Source: Candidatus Woesearchaeota archaeon (lineage in GTDB: Archaea; Nanobdellota; Nanobdellia; Woesearchaeales; WAPY01). Taken from it: a stretch of DNA of 64,000 bases. Each line of letters begins with the position of its first letter. Position 1 is the first letter of the stretch. The stretch is from assembly GCA_049700835.1 (NCBI GenBank), contig JBNAUL010000003.1, positions 9,775-73,774 on the forward strand, read 5' to 3'. The notes below the pieces were generated by a model that saw only the letters and a list, made by a program, of their open reading frames with translations, made no database searches and was not told the DNA's origin. Of this stretch, positions 10,301 through 19,253 are shown in pieces. The position numbers and the translations under genes were made by a program.

Positions 10301-13300
10301 CAAAAAAGAACATGAATTAATACAAAATTATGGAGTTTGCAAAAAGAGTTGTGATGCGAAGCAAGCAGCAATTGATTTGATATCAAGAGCAACTCAACAA
10401 CAGCAACAACAGGGATTTTCAGCAACAGTTTATGGTACTTTGTTAGATCAAACTTGTTTCTATGCTAATATTGACGATAAAGGAAGGATAAAAGAGGTTT
10501 TCACTGATGATAAGGTTAGTAATGATGGGAATTGTCCTGCAATTGGTTCTGACAAGTTCAAAAAGGTTGAGAATTTAGAGAACAATCAAAAACTTTTAGA
10601 ACAATTAAAAAGGGTTGTTGAGCAGAGCGTTGATTTCTTGAAAACAGAGTATTCAAAAGCAGATAATTTATTGAGAAATCCTACTTTTGAGGAAAAACTT
10701 TCCTATTGGTTGAGTTCAAAAGCAGAAATTGATAATGAAAATTATAAACTTACTCCTTCATCTGCCCATATTAATAAGGATGGTTACTTGGCTCAGTATG
10801 TTATTACCAATCTTTATCCAAACGATGTTTTGAGACTTTCTGGATTTGTCAAGGGAAAGGATTGCAAGGTTAATGTTGTTTTAGGATTGGTTGATGTTAA
10901 TGGCAATTTTATAAAACAAAAAGAAAATAATAAAGAAGTTGAGAAGAAAACTTCTAAGGAAATAACAGGAACTGATGATTTCGCAGAGTTCAAAGATGTC
11001 AGCATAACGATAACTGATGCTGACTTGCTAAAAGGAGGAACGAGAATTTTAGTTAATTTCAGCGCTAATTGCGAGTTTTGGGTTGATGATTTGTTGCTCC
11101 TGAGAACAAAAAAAGGAACTTACGATAATAATGGAAAACAAGAGCAGAGATATGCTGATTACAATGAACTTTGCGGCCAAAGCTCTAATGGAGTTAGTTG
11201 CGATTCTGACAAGGGACTTGTTTGCGTTTTAAAGGACAATGTTTACAGGTGCGATTGCAAGAAGGATTATAAATGGGATTCAAGCAAGGGTTGTGTTGAG
11301 ATCTCAGAAGAAGAGAAAAAAGCAGCATCAAACCTTATAAAAAATTCTGGTTTTGAGGATGTTGAGGATTTTACAGATCTTAACAATCAAAACAAAAAGG
11401 TTCCCAAGGATTGGGTCATAGTTCCAAAGGTTCCAACTGTGGAAGCAAGTTCTGATTGCAAAAAATCAGGGAGTTATGGTTTAAAAATAACTTATGATTC
11501 AAACCAAATAATGAATTCTCAGGTTATACAAAAAGTTTTTATTAAAGAAAAAGGCACATATGAAATTAGCGGTTACTTAACAGGAAAAGCAAGAATTATT
11601 ATTGTAGAACATGGCAAAGACCCAACTTCTGGCTCTTACAGAATATTTGAGTATACTCAAGAGGATGATAGTAAAGAATTCTCAAAAACATTTACAGTAA
11701 CAGAAGCGCAATCTAATAAAGAATATGATGTTGTGCTTTGGGTTTGGCAGGATCAAAATAAAAAGTTTGCTTGTTTTGATGATTTGTATCTTGGTTTAAG
11801 TTCAGAATTTGATGTTAAGAGTTTTGAAATTAAAGCAGAAAAAACCCAAGAATTTGATAACAAACTCTCTGTTAAAGAAGAAAATGCCCAATTGTTGCTT
11901 AACTCTCCTAATGATATCTTTGTTTCTTCTGAAAAAGTAGACGATAAGAATGTTGATGTTGTTTACATAGCAGACACAAACAACAACAGGGTTGCTGTGG
12001 TTAACGACTTTGCTAATCCTAAAATAAAATACTTGCAGTTTGACAGAAAACCAGTTCAAGTTGTTGTTGATGAAAAAAATCTGTTTGTTTTACTTGTTGA
12101 TGAAAAGTTTGATGTTAGTGATTATAACTCATACATCTATGTTGTTAACAAGGAGACTCTTTCGATAAGCAAGAAACTTACTATTAAGAAACAGCTCGTT
12201 GGTTTGGCAGCAACAAAGGACTTTGTTGTCTCAGCAAAACTCTCTAATAATGACTTATCAAAACCTGATTACGCTGTTGTTTTCTTTAGAAAAGAAGCGC
12301 TTATTAATGGCAACTCTGCTGATTTTACAGAAGTCAAAAATGATAAAATAAGCATCCCGATTGATGTTTCAACTGCTAATTACGACAAGAATGGAGTTTT
12401 TATAATAAACAAGGATGATGATGCAAACAAAGATATTAAGAAACTTGTTTATGTTTCAAACACCAATGTTATTAAAGAACTTGAAGATATCAAAAAACCA
12501 TTGGTATTGCACTCTTTAATCAAGGACGATGATTATGTTGTTTTTGTCGTTGCAGATAATGGTAATAATGATAAAATCCTTGTTTACAACATTACTTCAA
12601 AAGAACAAATTACAAAAATAAATGAAATAGGTATGAACTACAAGATAAAGAGTTTGTCAGCAAGCGATAATTTTGTTTATGTTTTGTCAGGAGAAAAGAT
12701 TTACAGGTATCCTTACAATGTTAAAGAAAATAAGGCATCTGTTGAAACAGATAAGGAGGAAAAACTTGGAAGCAAGGGTTCTCTTTATGATGGGGTTTTG
12801 GCTTTGAAGAGCATTGCATTCACAAGCAACAATGTTTTCTTTTCTGTCAGCGATGCAACTTTAAATAATTTTGCTGTTCTATCTTTTGACAATAATTTTA
12901 ATCCAATCAACTACATAAAGTTTGATTACACGCCTTTAATTTCGTTGCAGAACAGATTATTCATTGCTGTGTTAAACAATATTTCAGAATATGTTTCTGG
13001 GAACTTAAAATATTCAAACTCTAAAAAAATTGACAAGGAGATAAAGCAGTATTATTACTCTAACAAACACTACTTTGTTGTTGAAGAAGGAGAGAGTAAT
13101 AAAAAGAACTATTGCATATATTCATTAGATAACTTAGAAGAAAAGACGACCTATTCAAAGATTAATTGTTTGGATGAAAAAATAATGAGCATTTATGTTG
13201 AATCAGGAGTTATTTATGCTCTGACAGAAAAAGATAACAATAACAACTGGAAGATTTACTCTGTGACAAAGGACAGCAAGAAAGAAGTATGCTCTGGAAC

Positions 13301-13550
13301 AATAGGTTATCCAAGGAGTTTGCTCTATGATTCAAGCAATAAAGTGTTTTGGATAGGAGTTTCAGCAAATCCTTCAAAAATATTAGTAAGTAATGACTGC
13401 AAGAACTTTATTGAATACAAGTTTGACAAGGTTTACGATACGATGTATATAACAAAAAAAGACAGTAATGTTTATGTTTTAGTCTCTTCAAAATTCAATA
13501 ACGAGTATAAATCAATGTTGTACAAACTACACCTTGAGAAAAAGAATTAA
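7374..13550 (+). CDS. Giant secreted Cys-rich multidomain surface protein (~2058 aa): Pro/Thr linker, metal-binding-like motif, two CBM4/9-like domains, C-terminal NHL/beta-propeller region
   Basis: GGAGG RBS before ATG 7374; N-terminal TM; EICNNNKDDNCDGLIDCEDPLC; NLLRNPTFEE and NLIKNSGFED; LNSPNDIFV...VYIADTNNNRV. Confidence 0.75.
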   Translation: MKKKNKEIAKKQSILFFLVIITILFIIVGTKLGVCNKPEEKCGGEIKTGDIYAESNPSMSYVNALDPKTDSKSYNIISNFIGSSGNNVITYKCKPCYSPILTFTGAGSNPPITRYYTCDASSCNNKECFDVQTGKCKDGTCYPLCKENEKIEKKCLCGETLTDDENKYCCVEKHVVEDTKTYTISSTPCSAPSPSPSQTQPTPTQTQTPIPTQTQTQDMSCSKIDAGHSRFNPFGECKKFNCCSKDLKGVADYICSKENKCSPYVSGQDQATTDTSKEIFKDNSGNVYLNCNYDWDKQQGKVVSKGENYAKCIEGMKVGNAKTKAFCCILEDNACNADSNTENADSNGGIRICCPGLVCSDGKCVKEGEKEEKEEKKQGISCSFTLESKSGDTNYPVNNNVIEISFDNQESKKVNLYVEGESTSEVGFEGYKVSVDCGNGKNKEEAEIKNVISDNGKTKFKIGFNCEYNIENLENTKEKDIVVKVELQKENSEAITCSLLPIQEATDKIKLKLGKYALKIIINTKIVYSDIEYPLIIESKLKLDNDAIPIIPAVKNKNNEDVALECLGKKDCEFKVYNVKGEEIDDKIGDFVNIKGSDFDEKGVFNGKFSIKIVNPANLKIPIENVYLWGVYSGASYYSDTFTIDSCKKNNTQVSDPSKKEEELVKECCSHYMEDAKVADPNNPNQQKEVFRCYFTPKIGKRTDSQGKEEKFCEFNYEDADKSNDPEKNKNIQCTDDGICIKGSAEICNNNKDDNCDGLIDCEDPLCYAKQAPPWTLALKSKEFEYLDCVASIRFGYPGCGIAQCGEFAGKFLCKCWISEPAKEDIAKKTCALKPEKPQTENDCIKAGGFCIERQFLGTKILENGLKVDGSCDGTLGLASVNQKVKTPSNKEIEIPMNCGSCDVFCCKKNDAFKACGVVEGLHCCAYGCSNDLVCCNPPEKIDSVKVENENYKNYIKELLISEGKKEDEIKDEDIVKKEHELIQNYGVCKKSCDAKQAAIDLISRATQQQQQQGFSATVYGTLLDQTCFYANIDDKGRIKEVFTDDKVSNDGNCPAIGSDKFKKVENLENNQKLLEQLKRVVEQSVDFLKTEYSKADNLLRNPTFEEKLSYWLSSKAEIDNENYKLTPSSAHINKDGYLAQYVITNLYPNDVLRLSGFVKGKDCKVNVVLGLVDVNGNFIKQKENNKEVEKKTSKEITGTDDFAEFKDVSITITDADLLKGGTRILVNFSANCEFWVDDLLLLRTKKGTYDNNGKQEQRYADYNELCGQSSNGVSCDSDKGLVCVLKDNVYRCDCKKDYKWDSSKGCVEISEEEKKAASNLIKNSGFEDVEDFTDLNNQNKKVPKDWVIVPKVPTVEASSDCKKSGSYGLKITYDSNQIMNSQVIQKVFIKEKGTYEISGYLTGKARIIIVEHGKDPTSGSYRIFEYTQEDDSKEFSKTFTVTEAQSNKEYDVVLWVWQDQNKKFACFDDLYLGLSSEFDVKSFEIKAEKTQEFDNKLSVKEENAQLLLNSPNDIFVSSEKVDDKNVDVVYIADTNNNRVAVVNDFANPKIKYLQFDRKPVQVVVDEKNLFVLLVDEKFDVSDYNSYIYVVNKETLSISKKLTIKKQLVGLAATKDFVVSAKLSNNDLSKPDYAVVFFRKEALINGNSADFTEVKNDKISIPIDVSTANYDKNGVFIINKDDDANKDIKKLVYVSNTNVIKELEDIKKPLVLHSLIKDDDYVVFVVADNGNNDKILVYNITSKEQITKINEIGMNYKIKSLSASDNFVYVLSGEKIYRYPYNVKENKASVETDKEEKLGSKGSLYDGVLALKSIAFTSNNVFFSVSDATLNNFAVLSFDNNFNPINYIKFDYTPLISLQNRLFIAVLNNISEYVSGNLKYSNSKKIDKEIKQYYYSNKHYFVVEEGESNKKNYCIYSLDNLEEKTTYSKINCLDEKIMSIYVESGVIYALTEKDNNNNWKIYSVTKDSKKEVCSGTIGYPRSLLYDSSNKVFWIGVSANPSKILVSNDCKNFIEYKFDKVYDTMYITKKDSNVYVLVSSKFNNEYKSMLYKLHLEKKN

Positions 13551-13562
13551 AAGGGGATTTTT

Positions 13563-14312
13563 ATGAAAAACAAAATTTTTTTAGTATCAATTTTAGCAAT
13601 GCTGATTTTTTTGTCAGGATGCGACAAAAAAAAGGTTGAGATAGAAGGAGACACTGCAAATGCCTGTTTTTTTAGATCTTGCGAAAAAGAAGAAAGCATA
13701 AATGGGTGGACTACTTTTTTAGAAGGTGAAAAAATAATTGATTTTAAAAGCGAAGAAGATTGCATTAAAAAAGTTTATGAGACCTTTGGTGTTGAACAAA
13801 GAGTGTATTCTTCTCTTAATGCAAGGGTTTATGGTTTGGATTACAAGTATGTTAAGAATCTAAACAAAGAGGAAAAAGAGGCTTTGACTAACATAAGTGA
13901 AAGCATTAAAAACAATCCTTATGGAGAATACCAAAAAGCGCTTTATGACAAACTTATTAATAAATATCCAAAACTTTCATTTTTAAAAATTCCTTGTGCT
14001 TGTTCAAAGTTTTGCGTTACCCCAAAAGGTTCATACCTTAACATAAAAGTTTCCACGGATGATTTAAAAGGATTTAGTTGTGGAGATAAGGATGATTTAG
14101 AAATTGGTTATTATGCAATACACAACGACTGTTGCTGGGTTAAAAGTTTTAATTGTGATATAAATCCTTATTCTGAAGAGTGTTCTTGGTTTAAGTGCGG
14201 TGAGATAAAGAGTTCGTCTGCAATACCTTCTTGCGGTTGTTTGTGCGGGACAGAGATTTTGACAATTGAAAGCAATAAGTGTTGCTCAAATGATAATGTG
14301 AAAAACTGCTAA
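13563..14312 (+). CDS. Cys-rich putative lipoprotein
   Basis: MKNKIFLVSILAMLIFLSG|C; many Cys; 12 nt after the giant gene. Confidence 0.75.
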   Translation: MKNKIFLVSILAMLIFLSGCDKKKVEIEGDTANACFFRSCEKEESINGWTTFLEGEKIIDFKSEEDCIKKVYETFGVEQRVYSSLNARVYGLDYKYVKNLNKEEKEALTNISESIKNNPYGEYQKALYDKLINKYPKLSFLKIPCACSKFCVTPKGSYLNIKVSTDDLKGFSCGDKDDLEIGYYAIHNDCCWVKSFNCDINPYSEECSWFKCGEIKSSSAIPSCGCLCGTEILTIESNKCCSNDNVKNC

Positions 14313-14371
14313 AATTATTTTTACTATATAATAGAAACATTTAAAAAGAAGGCGCTCTTTTTTTTGAATTT

Positions 14372-14929
14372 ATGGAGAGCATAGAAGAAATTCTCTCAAA
14401 AACCAAAGAACATGCTAAAAAGGTAATTCTGACAGCAACATCCATATGCCTAATAGGAGTAATAGGGACAGGAGCTCTCTATTATAAAAAAGCTTTGGAG
14501 CTTAAAAAAGAAAATGAAAGAGAAGAATATTATCAAGAAACCCTTTTAAATTCGCTTTCTTCTATTTCAGACGAATTTGAAAATTTAAAGGATTCTTATA
14601 GGTATCTTATGTATAAAATGTATCAGCAAAAAGATGATATAAGCATAGTTCCTTATGAAATTTTATGCCCTGTTTTAGACACATTCCCAGATATCGTTGT
14701 TTCAGTTCCGCACAAAAAAGGCACAGGGCTTCTCTATCTGTTTGTAATGGATGAAAGAAGGAAACAAGACGCAAGATTGCATGATTGCCAAGATGATGAG
14801 CACAAGACAAAAATGATAAGATTGATAGATATAGATGAGAGTTTAGAAGATAGCTTGAGAAGAAGCTTCCTATACAATTCAATCGACTACATTATATTTG
14901 AAGCAAAAAGATTTTATAATGAGAATTGA
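14372..14929 (+). CDS. Hypothetical membrane-anchored protein
   Basis: 185-aa ORF, single N-terminal hydrophobic segment followed by coiled coil. Confidence 0.6.
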   Translation: MESIEEILSKTKEHAKKVILTATSICLIGVIGTGALYYKKALELKKENEREEYYQETLLNSLSSISDEFENLKDSYRYLMYKMYQQKDDISIVPYEILCPVLDTFPDIVVSVPHKKGTGLLYLFVMDERRKQDARLHDCQDDEHKTKMIRLIDIDESLEDSLRRSFLYNSIDYIIFEAKRFYNEN

Positions 14930-14997
14930 TAAAAAATAAAAATTTAGAAATATTGAAAACTTTTATAAGCAAGTTTCTAATTATTCCTTTTTGTTTT

Positions 14998-15753
14998 ATG
15001 AACGAAGAAAAAGATTTTGAGGAGAAAGAACTTCCAGAACTTAGGATTAAAGTAATCTACAATGATTTTTTGGACCAGAATTTAAAGAACAAGGAGCTCT
15101 TGCCAGATCATGGTTTTTCAGCTCTTGTTGAAATTTCAAGCGCAAGTATTCTGTTTGATGCAGGGCAGAACTTTAATGTTCTTTCAAGGAATATGCTTAA
15201 CCTTGACTTGAAATCAGAAGAGATAAATTTTGTTTTTTTAAGCCACTACCACAAAGACCATTATGGAGGATTGTTTGATTTTTTAAGAGAAAATTATAAT
15301 GTTACTGTTTTTCTGACAAAGGATTTTCCTCAGGATTTCAAGCAGAGAATAATAAACTTAGGAGCGTCTTTGGTTGAAATAAAAAAACTTTCAACATTGT
15401 TTAACAATGTTGCGACTACCGGCTCAATGGGTACTATGATAAAAGAGCAGTCCATGATTGTGATGACCTCAAAAGGAGCTGTTATAATAACTGGATGCGC
15501 TCATCAGGGCTTGTTGGAGCTTGCAAGTAGCGTAAAGATTCTTGAAGACAATATTCTTGCAGTGGTTGGCGGGTTTCACTTGTTTGAAAAATCAGAACAA
15601 GAAATAAGAAAAATTGCTGAAGATCTTAAAAACTTAGGAGTCAAGAAGGTTGCGCCATTACACTGTTCTGGAGAGATTGCTCTGAAGATTTTCAAGGATA
15701 TTTTTAAACAGGATTTTATAAGTGCTGGTTTGGGAAGTGTTATCGAGTTTTAA
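14998..15753 (+). CDS. MBL-fold metallo-hydrolase (COG1237-like)
   Basis: HGFSALVE, ILFDAG, SHYHKDHYGG, TGCAHQG, GGFHL, PLHCSG; ATG 14998 chosen over TTG 14926. Confidence 0.9.
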   Translation: MNEEKDFEEKELPELRIKVIYNDFLDQNLKNKELLPDHGFSALVEISSASILFDAGQNFNVLSRNMLNLDLKSEEINFVFLSHYHKDHYGGLFDFLRENYNVTVFLTKDFPQDFKQRIINLGASLVEIKKLSTLFNNVATTGSMGTMIKEQSMIVMTSKGAVIITGCAHQGLLELASSVKILEDNILAVVGGFHLFEKSEQEIRKIAEDLKNLGVKKVAPLHCSGEIALKIFKDIFKQDFISAGLGSVIEF

Positions 15754-15928
15754 ATTTTCAACAATATTAAAAATTTAAAAAATAAAAATCTGAGATTAAT
15801 TGTATTAAAAACCCTACATCAAAAGGCGTGTAGACATAATAATTCTGGTAATAATTATAATGCATAATAATTTTAGGCATAGAAAAACACTTTTATTACC
15901 AGATTTACACTGGCTCCACGCTTAGATG

Positions 15929-16666
15929 TTAATCTGTTTCTACCCTTGGAGCAAGTATAAAGCTCAAAAGCACTTTATCAACTTCCTTGTATTCAAGCTT
16001 TAATGGGTAATCAGTGTTTAATTGTATTGTGACTTCATCTGCTATCTTGCTTCCAGAAATCATCTTTTTAAGGTATTCTATGGAATATTTGGATTTGGCT
16101 TTTCCATCAGCAATTATCCTTGTTGTTTCGCTTGGCTTTATTTCAACAATAACCTTGTTTAAATCGCCTTCTGCCATTATTGTAAACTTTTCCTTCTCAA
16201 CAATGAAGCTTACTGCTTCTGCAAAAACAGCAGCATCCTCTATTGCTTCGTCAAGCAGAGAAGATTCTGTTTTTACAGTGTAAGGAAATTCTAATTCAGG
16301 AACCCTTTGTTCCTTTTCCTCAACATCAATTATAGGTATTGAGAATATCTTCTTTGTTGTTCCCTGTATGGTTATCCTCAATTTGTCCTCGCTTGCATCA
16401 AGGGTTATAAGCTCTGTGGGCTTAACTCTTCTTAAAACTTGCTTTAGGTTGTTGAGATTAACTCCTATTGTTTCTGTTTTTTTGACATCGTATTCAACGA
16501 AAACGCTGCTGAACAGCTTGAAAATGACCATTGCTACATTGGCAGGGTCTATTGCTATAAGTTCAACGCATTCAGGCGTTATCTTAAAACTTGCCTCGCT
16601 TACAAGGTCTGATATTATTGACACGCTTTCCTTAAGGTATTTTGGGTCTGCAAGCGTGAGTTTCAT
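15929..16666 (-). CDS. pcn: DNA polymerase sliding clamp PCNA
   Basis: AIDPANVAMV, SKYSIEYLKKM, DYPLKLEY, FILAPRVE; 245 aa. Confidence 0.97.
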   Translation of the reverse strand: MKLTLADPKYLKESVSIISDLVSEASFKITPECVELIAIDPANVAMVIFKLFSSVFVEYDVKKTETIGVNLNNLKQVLRRVKPTELITLDASEDKLRITIQGTTKKIFSIPIIDVEEKEQRVPELEFPYTVKTESSLLDEAIEDAAVFAEAVSFIVEKEKFTIMAEGDLNKVIVEIKPSETTRIIADGKAKSKYSIEYLKKMISGSKIADEVTIQLNTDYPLKLEYKEVDKVLLSFILAPRVETD

Positions 16667-16814
16667 AAGAGATCACCCCCGATTTATATGGAAAGAATTT
16701 TCTTGTTTATAAATTTTTGTTTTTTGTTTTGATTATGCTGTTTGAACTTTTTTGCACTTTTTTGCTTGTTTTTAGAAATATTTAAAAACAAAACCATTTT
16801 TTTGTTAGAGCATT

Positions 16815-18002
16815 ATGAAAAAGAATGTTACTATGGCCAACATGCTCATTAACAAGAATGTTTTTCTTCTTGGAATAACGAGTTTTTTCAACGATATAAG
16901 CAGCAAGATTATTGAGCCAATTCTTCCAATGTTCCTAATCATAGCAGGAGCAAATCCTTTTATAATTGGAATCATAGGGGGTCTTCGGGATTCAATCTCT
17001 TCATTGCTTGATCTGTTCTCTGGTTACTGGTCTGACAAGCTTAAATCAAGGAAGTTCTTTGTTTTTCTGGGTTATTTCAGTTCATCCTTGTTTAAGTTTT
17101 TTATTTCAATTGCAAAAGCCCCATTCCTGCTTTTTTCATTTGCAAGCTTGGAGAGAATAGGCAAGGGTTTGAGAAGCGCTCCAAGAGACGCTATAATTGC
17201 TGATTCTTCAAAAAAACAAACAGGAAAGAACTTTGCAATACACAGGTTTTTTGACAGCGGAGGAGCATTTGTTGGGGCTCTGATTGTTTTTTTAATGCTT
17301 TGGTATCTGAAATTGAATTATAAGTTGATAATACTGATTTCTGCTCTTTTGGGTTTTTTGGCTTTAGTTCCTTTGGCTTTTGTAAAAGAACCTAGAGTTA
17401 ATAATCCGAAGGGTTCAAAGCCAAGTTTGTCTTTTAAAAATATTCCTTCAAACATAAAGTACTTTATCATTGTCTCAGCATTATTTGCTTTCAGCAACAT
17501 AAATTACATGTTTTTCATATTGAGGGTTCAAGATTATTTTGCAGAAGATTTTTACAAGAAGACAATTCCAATCCTTTACTACATGCTCTTTAATTTAGTT
17601 TATGCTTTGTTTGCAATTCCTTTTGGAAGGTTTGCTGATAAGAAGAGAAAGCACTATGTATTAATTCTAGGTTATTTTTCTTTTTCAATAGTTATGCTCC
17701 TTTTTGCTAATCTTTCAGGACCGAAAATTTTTGTTATGTTGTTTGTTTTGCTCGGAATTACGAATGCAATGATAAACTCAAATGAAAGAGCTTTGATATC
17801 AGACCTTTCAAAAAATTTCAAAGCAACTAACTTTGGAATTTATTATTTTGTAATAAGCATCATTGCATTCTTGTCAAGTTTTATTGCAGGAACGATTTAC
17901 TCCTTTAATTCAAGTTTTGCCTTCTATTATGCTTTTGTTTTTAGTTTAATGGCAGGAATAAGCCTTGTGCTTTTTAAAGAGAAAATTGTTGTAAAGAGTT
18001 AA
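16815..18002 (+). CDS. MFS transporter
   Basis: ~12 TM; SGYWSDKLKSRK, ERIGKGLRSAPRDAIIADS, FGRFADK. Confidence 0.92.
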   Translation: MKKNVTMANMLINKNVFLLGITSFFNDISSKIIEPILPMFLIIAGANPFIIGIIGGLRDSISSLLDLFSGYWSDKLKSRKFFVFLGYFSSSLFKFFISIAKAPFLLFSFASLERIGKGLRSAPRDAIIADSSKKQTGKNFAIHRFFDSGGAFVGALIVFLMLWYLKLNYKLIILISALLGFLALVPLAFVKEPRVNNPKGSKPSLSFKNIPSNIKYFIIVSALFAFSNINYMFFILRVQDYFAEDFYKKTIPILYYMLFNLVYALFAIPFGRFADKKRKHYVLILGYFSFSIVMLLFANLSGPKIFVMLFVLLGITNAMINSNERALISDLSKNFKATNFGIYYFVISIIAFLSSFIAGTIYSFNSSFAFYYAFVFSLMAGISLVLFKEKIVVKS

Positions 18003-19030
18003 AAGCTTTTTTCATAAATTGATTTTAAGAATTCAATTTCATTCTTATAACCGTTTGACTTTGCCATTCTTATTATTGCGCTCTCAAATAAAGAGCCGTA
18101 TTGGGCTGCTTTTTTAGGCCTTAAACAAATTTCTTCTGGCAGCCCAATCTTTAGCCCCAATTTTCTCAATATGATTTTCTTTTCTTTCATGCTTATTTTG
18201 AGTTCTTGTTTTATTCTCATTGCAGTTCTTATCACTTGTTTATCCAAAAAAGGAGTTCTTAGATTAATTCCTAAACATGATGAAATCCTAAAGTCCCTTG
18301 TCAAGTCCCTTTCATGCATTGTTTTTAATCCATTCCAGCACTCTTCATTTACATCTACTTTTTCATTAAGCGCTTTTAAATGCCTTTGGTAACCAGCAAA
18401 TAATTCTTCTGCTCCTAATCCTGAGAAAACATTCTTTATTCCAAGAGCCAGAGATAACTTTGTTGCCAAGAATGCAACGCTTCCAACTCCTACCTTCATC
18501 TTGTCATAAGAATTTATTATCTTTACAACTTCTCTGATTGTTTCAAGCAGTTCATTTTCTGTTACAATCCTTGTTTTTATCTCAAAACCAAGTTTTTCAG
18601 AGTATTCAACTGCTTTCTCAACATCAGGGCTGTTCTTCATGCCAACAGAGCAGCATACAAAATCAAAGTCTAATTTTTTTAAAGTCCAAGCGATTATCGT
18701 TGAGTCAATTCCTCCAGAATAGAGCACAGAGTTCTTCTTATCTGCTCTTTTTTTTACTGCATTTTCTATGCATTCTTTCAATTTTTCTATTGCCTTGTTC
18801 TCTTCTAAATATCCTGTGTTCTTTATTTCATTGCAAACAGATTTTTTTATGCTTTCAATTCTTGAAAACCATTCTTCTTGTTTTACAAGCATGTTTTGTT
18901 CTAAATAAATTTCATTACTCTTATCTTTAATTTTCTCTTCTTTATTTTCATTCTTCTCTTTATTTTTATTTTCCGAATGCTTTTCTTTGCTTGGCATTTT
19001 TAAAATCCTGAAACAACAAGAGTAACTCAT
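17999..19030 (-). CDS. Asparagine synthase C-terminal (synthetase) domain protein without glutaminase domain
   Basis: LYSGGIDST PP-loop, SGLGAEELFAGY, LRTPFLD, RPKKAAQYGS; true start may be ATG 18997. Confidence 0.85.
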   Translation of the reverse strand: MSYSCCFRILKMPSKEKHSENKNKEKNENKEEKIKDKSNEIYLEQNMLVKQEEWFSRIESIKKSVCNEIKNTGYLEENKAIEKLKECIENAVKKRADKKNSVLYSGGIDSTIIAWTLKKLDFDFVCCSVGMKNSPDVEKAVEYSEKLGFEIKTRIVTENELLETIREVVKIINSYDKMKVGVGSVAFLATKLSLALGIKNVFSGLGAEELFAGYQRHLKALNEKVDVNEECWNGLKTMHERDLTRDFRISSCLGINLRTPFLDKQVIRTAMRIKQELKISMKEKKIILRKLGLKIGLPEEICLRPKKAAQYGSLFESAIIRMAKSNGYKNEIEFLKSIYEKSF

Positions 19031-19253
19031 TAAAAATCAAATCATGCTTTCTTAATTTTTGATAAAAATTAACTAATATAAATTAAATAATATAAATTAA
19101 ATAACACAAATTAAAATATAATATTTATAAAATATATATTAATCAGCATTAAACATGCATGAAAACATATGTCAAAATGAATACAATCATGTGCTAAACT
19201 AAAATGAATATGCTAAATTATTTTCTCTTTTTTGTTTTTTATTTTTTTATTTC

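Noticed and set aside
19074-19115. Three 14-nt tandem units TAATATAAATTAAA as CRISPR or replication origin
   Set aside because: No spacers, no cas or cdc6 gene, no ORB G-string; low-complexity AT DNA
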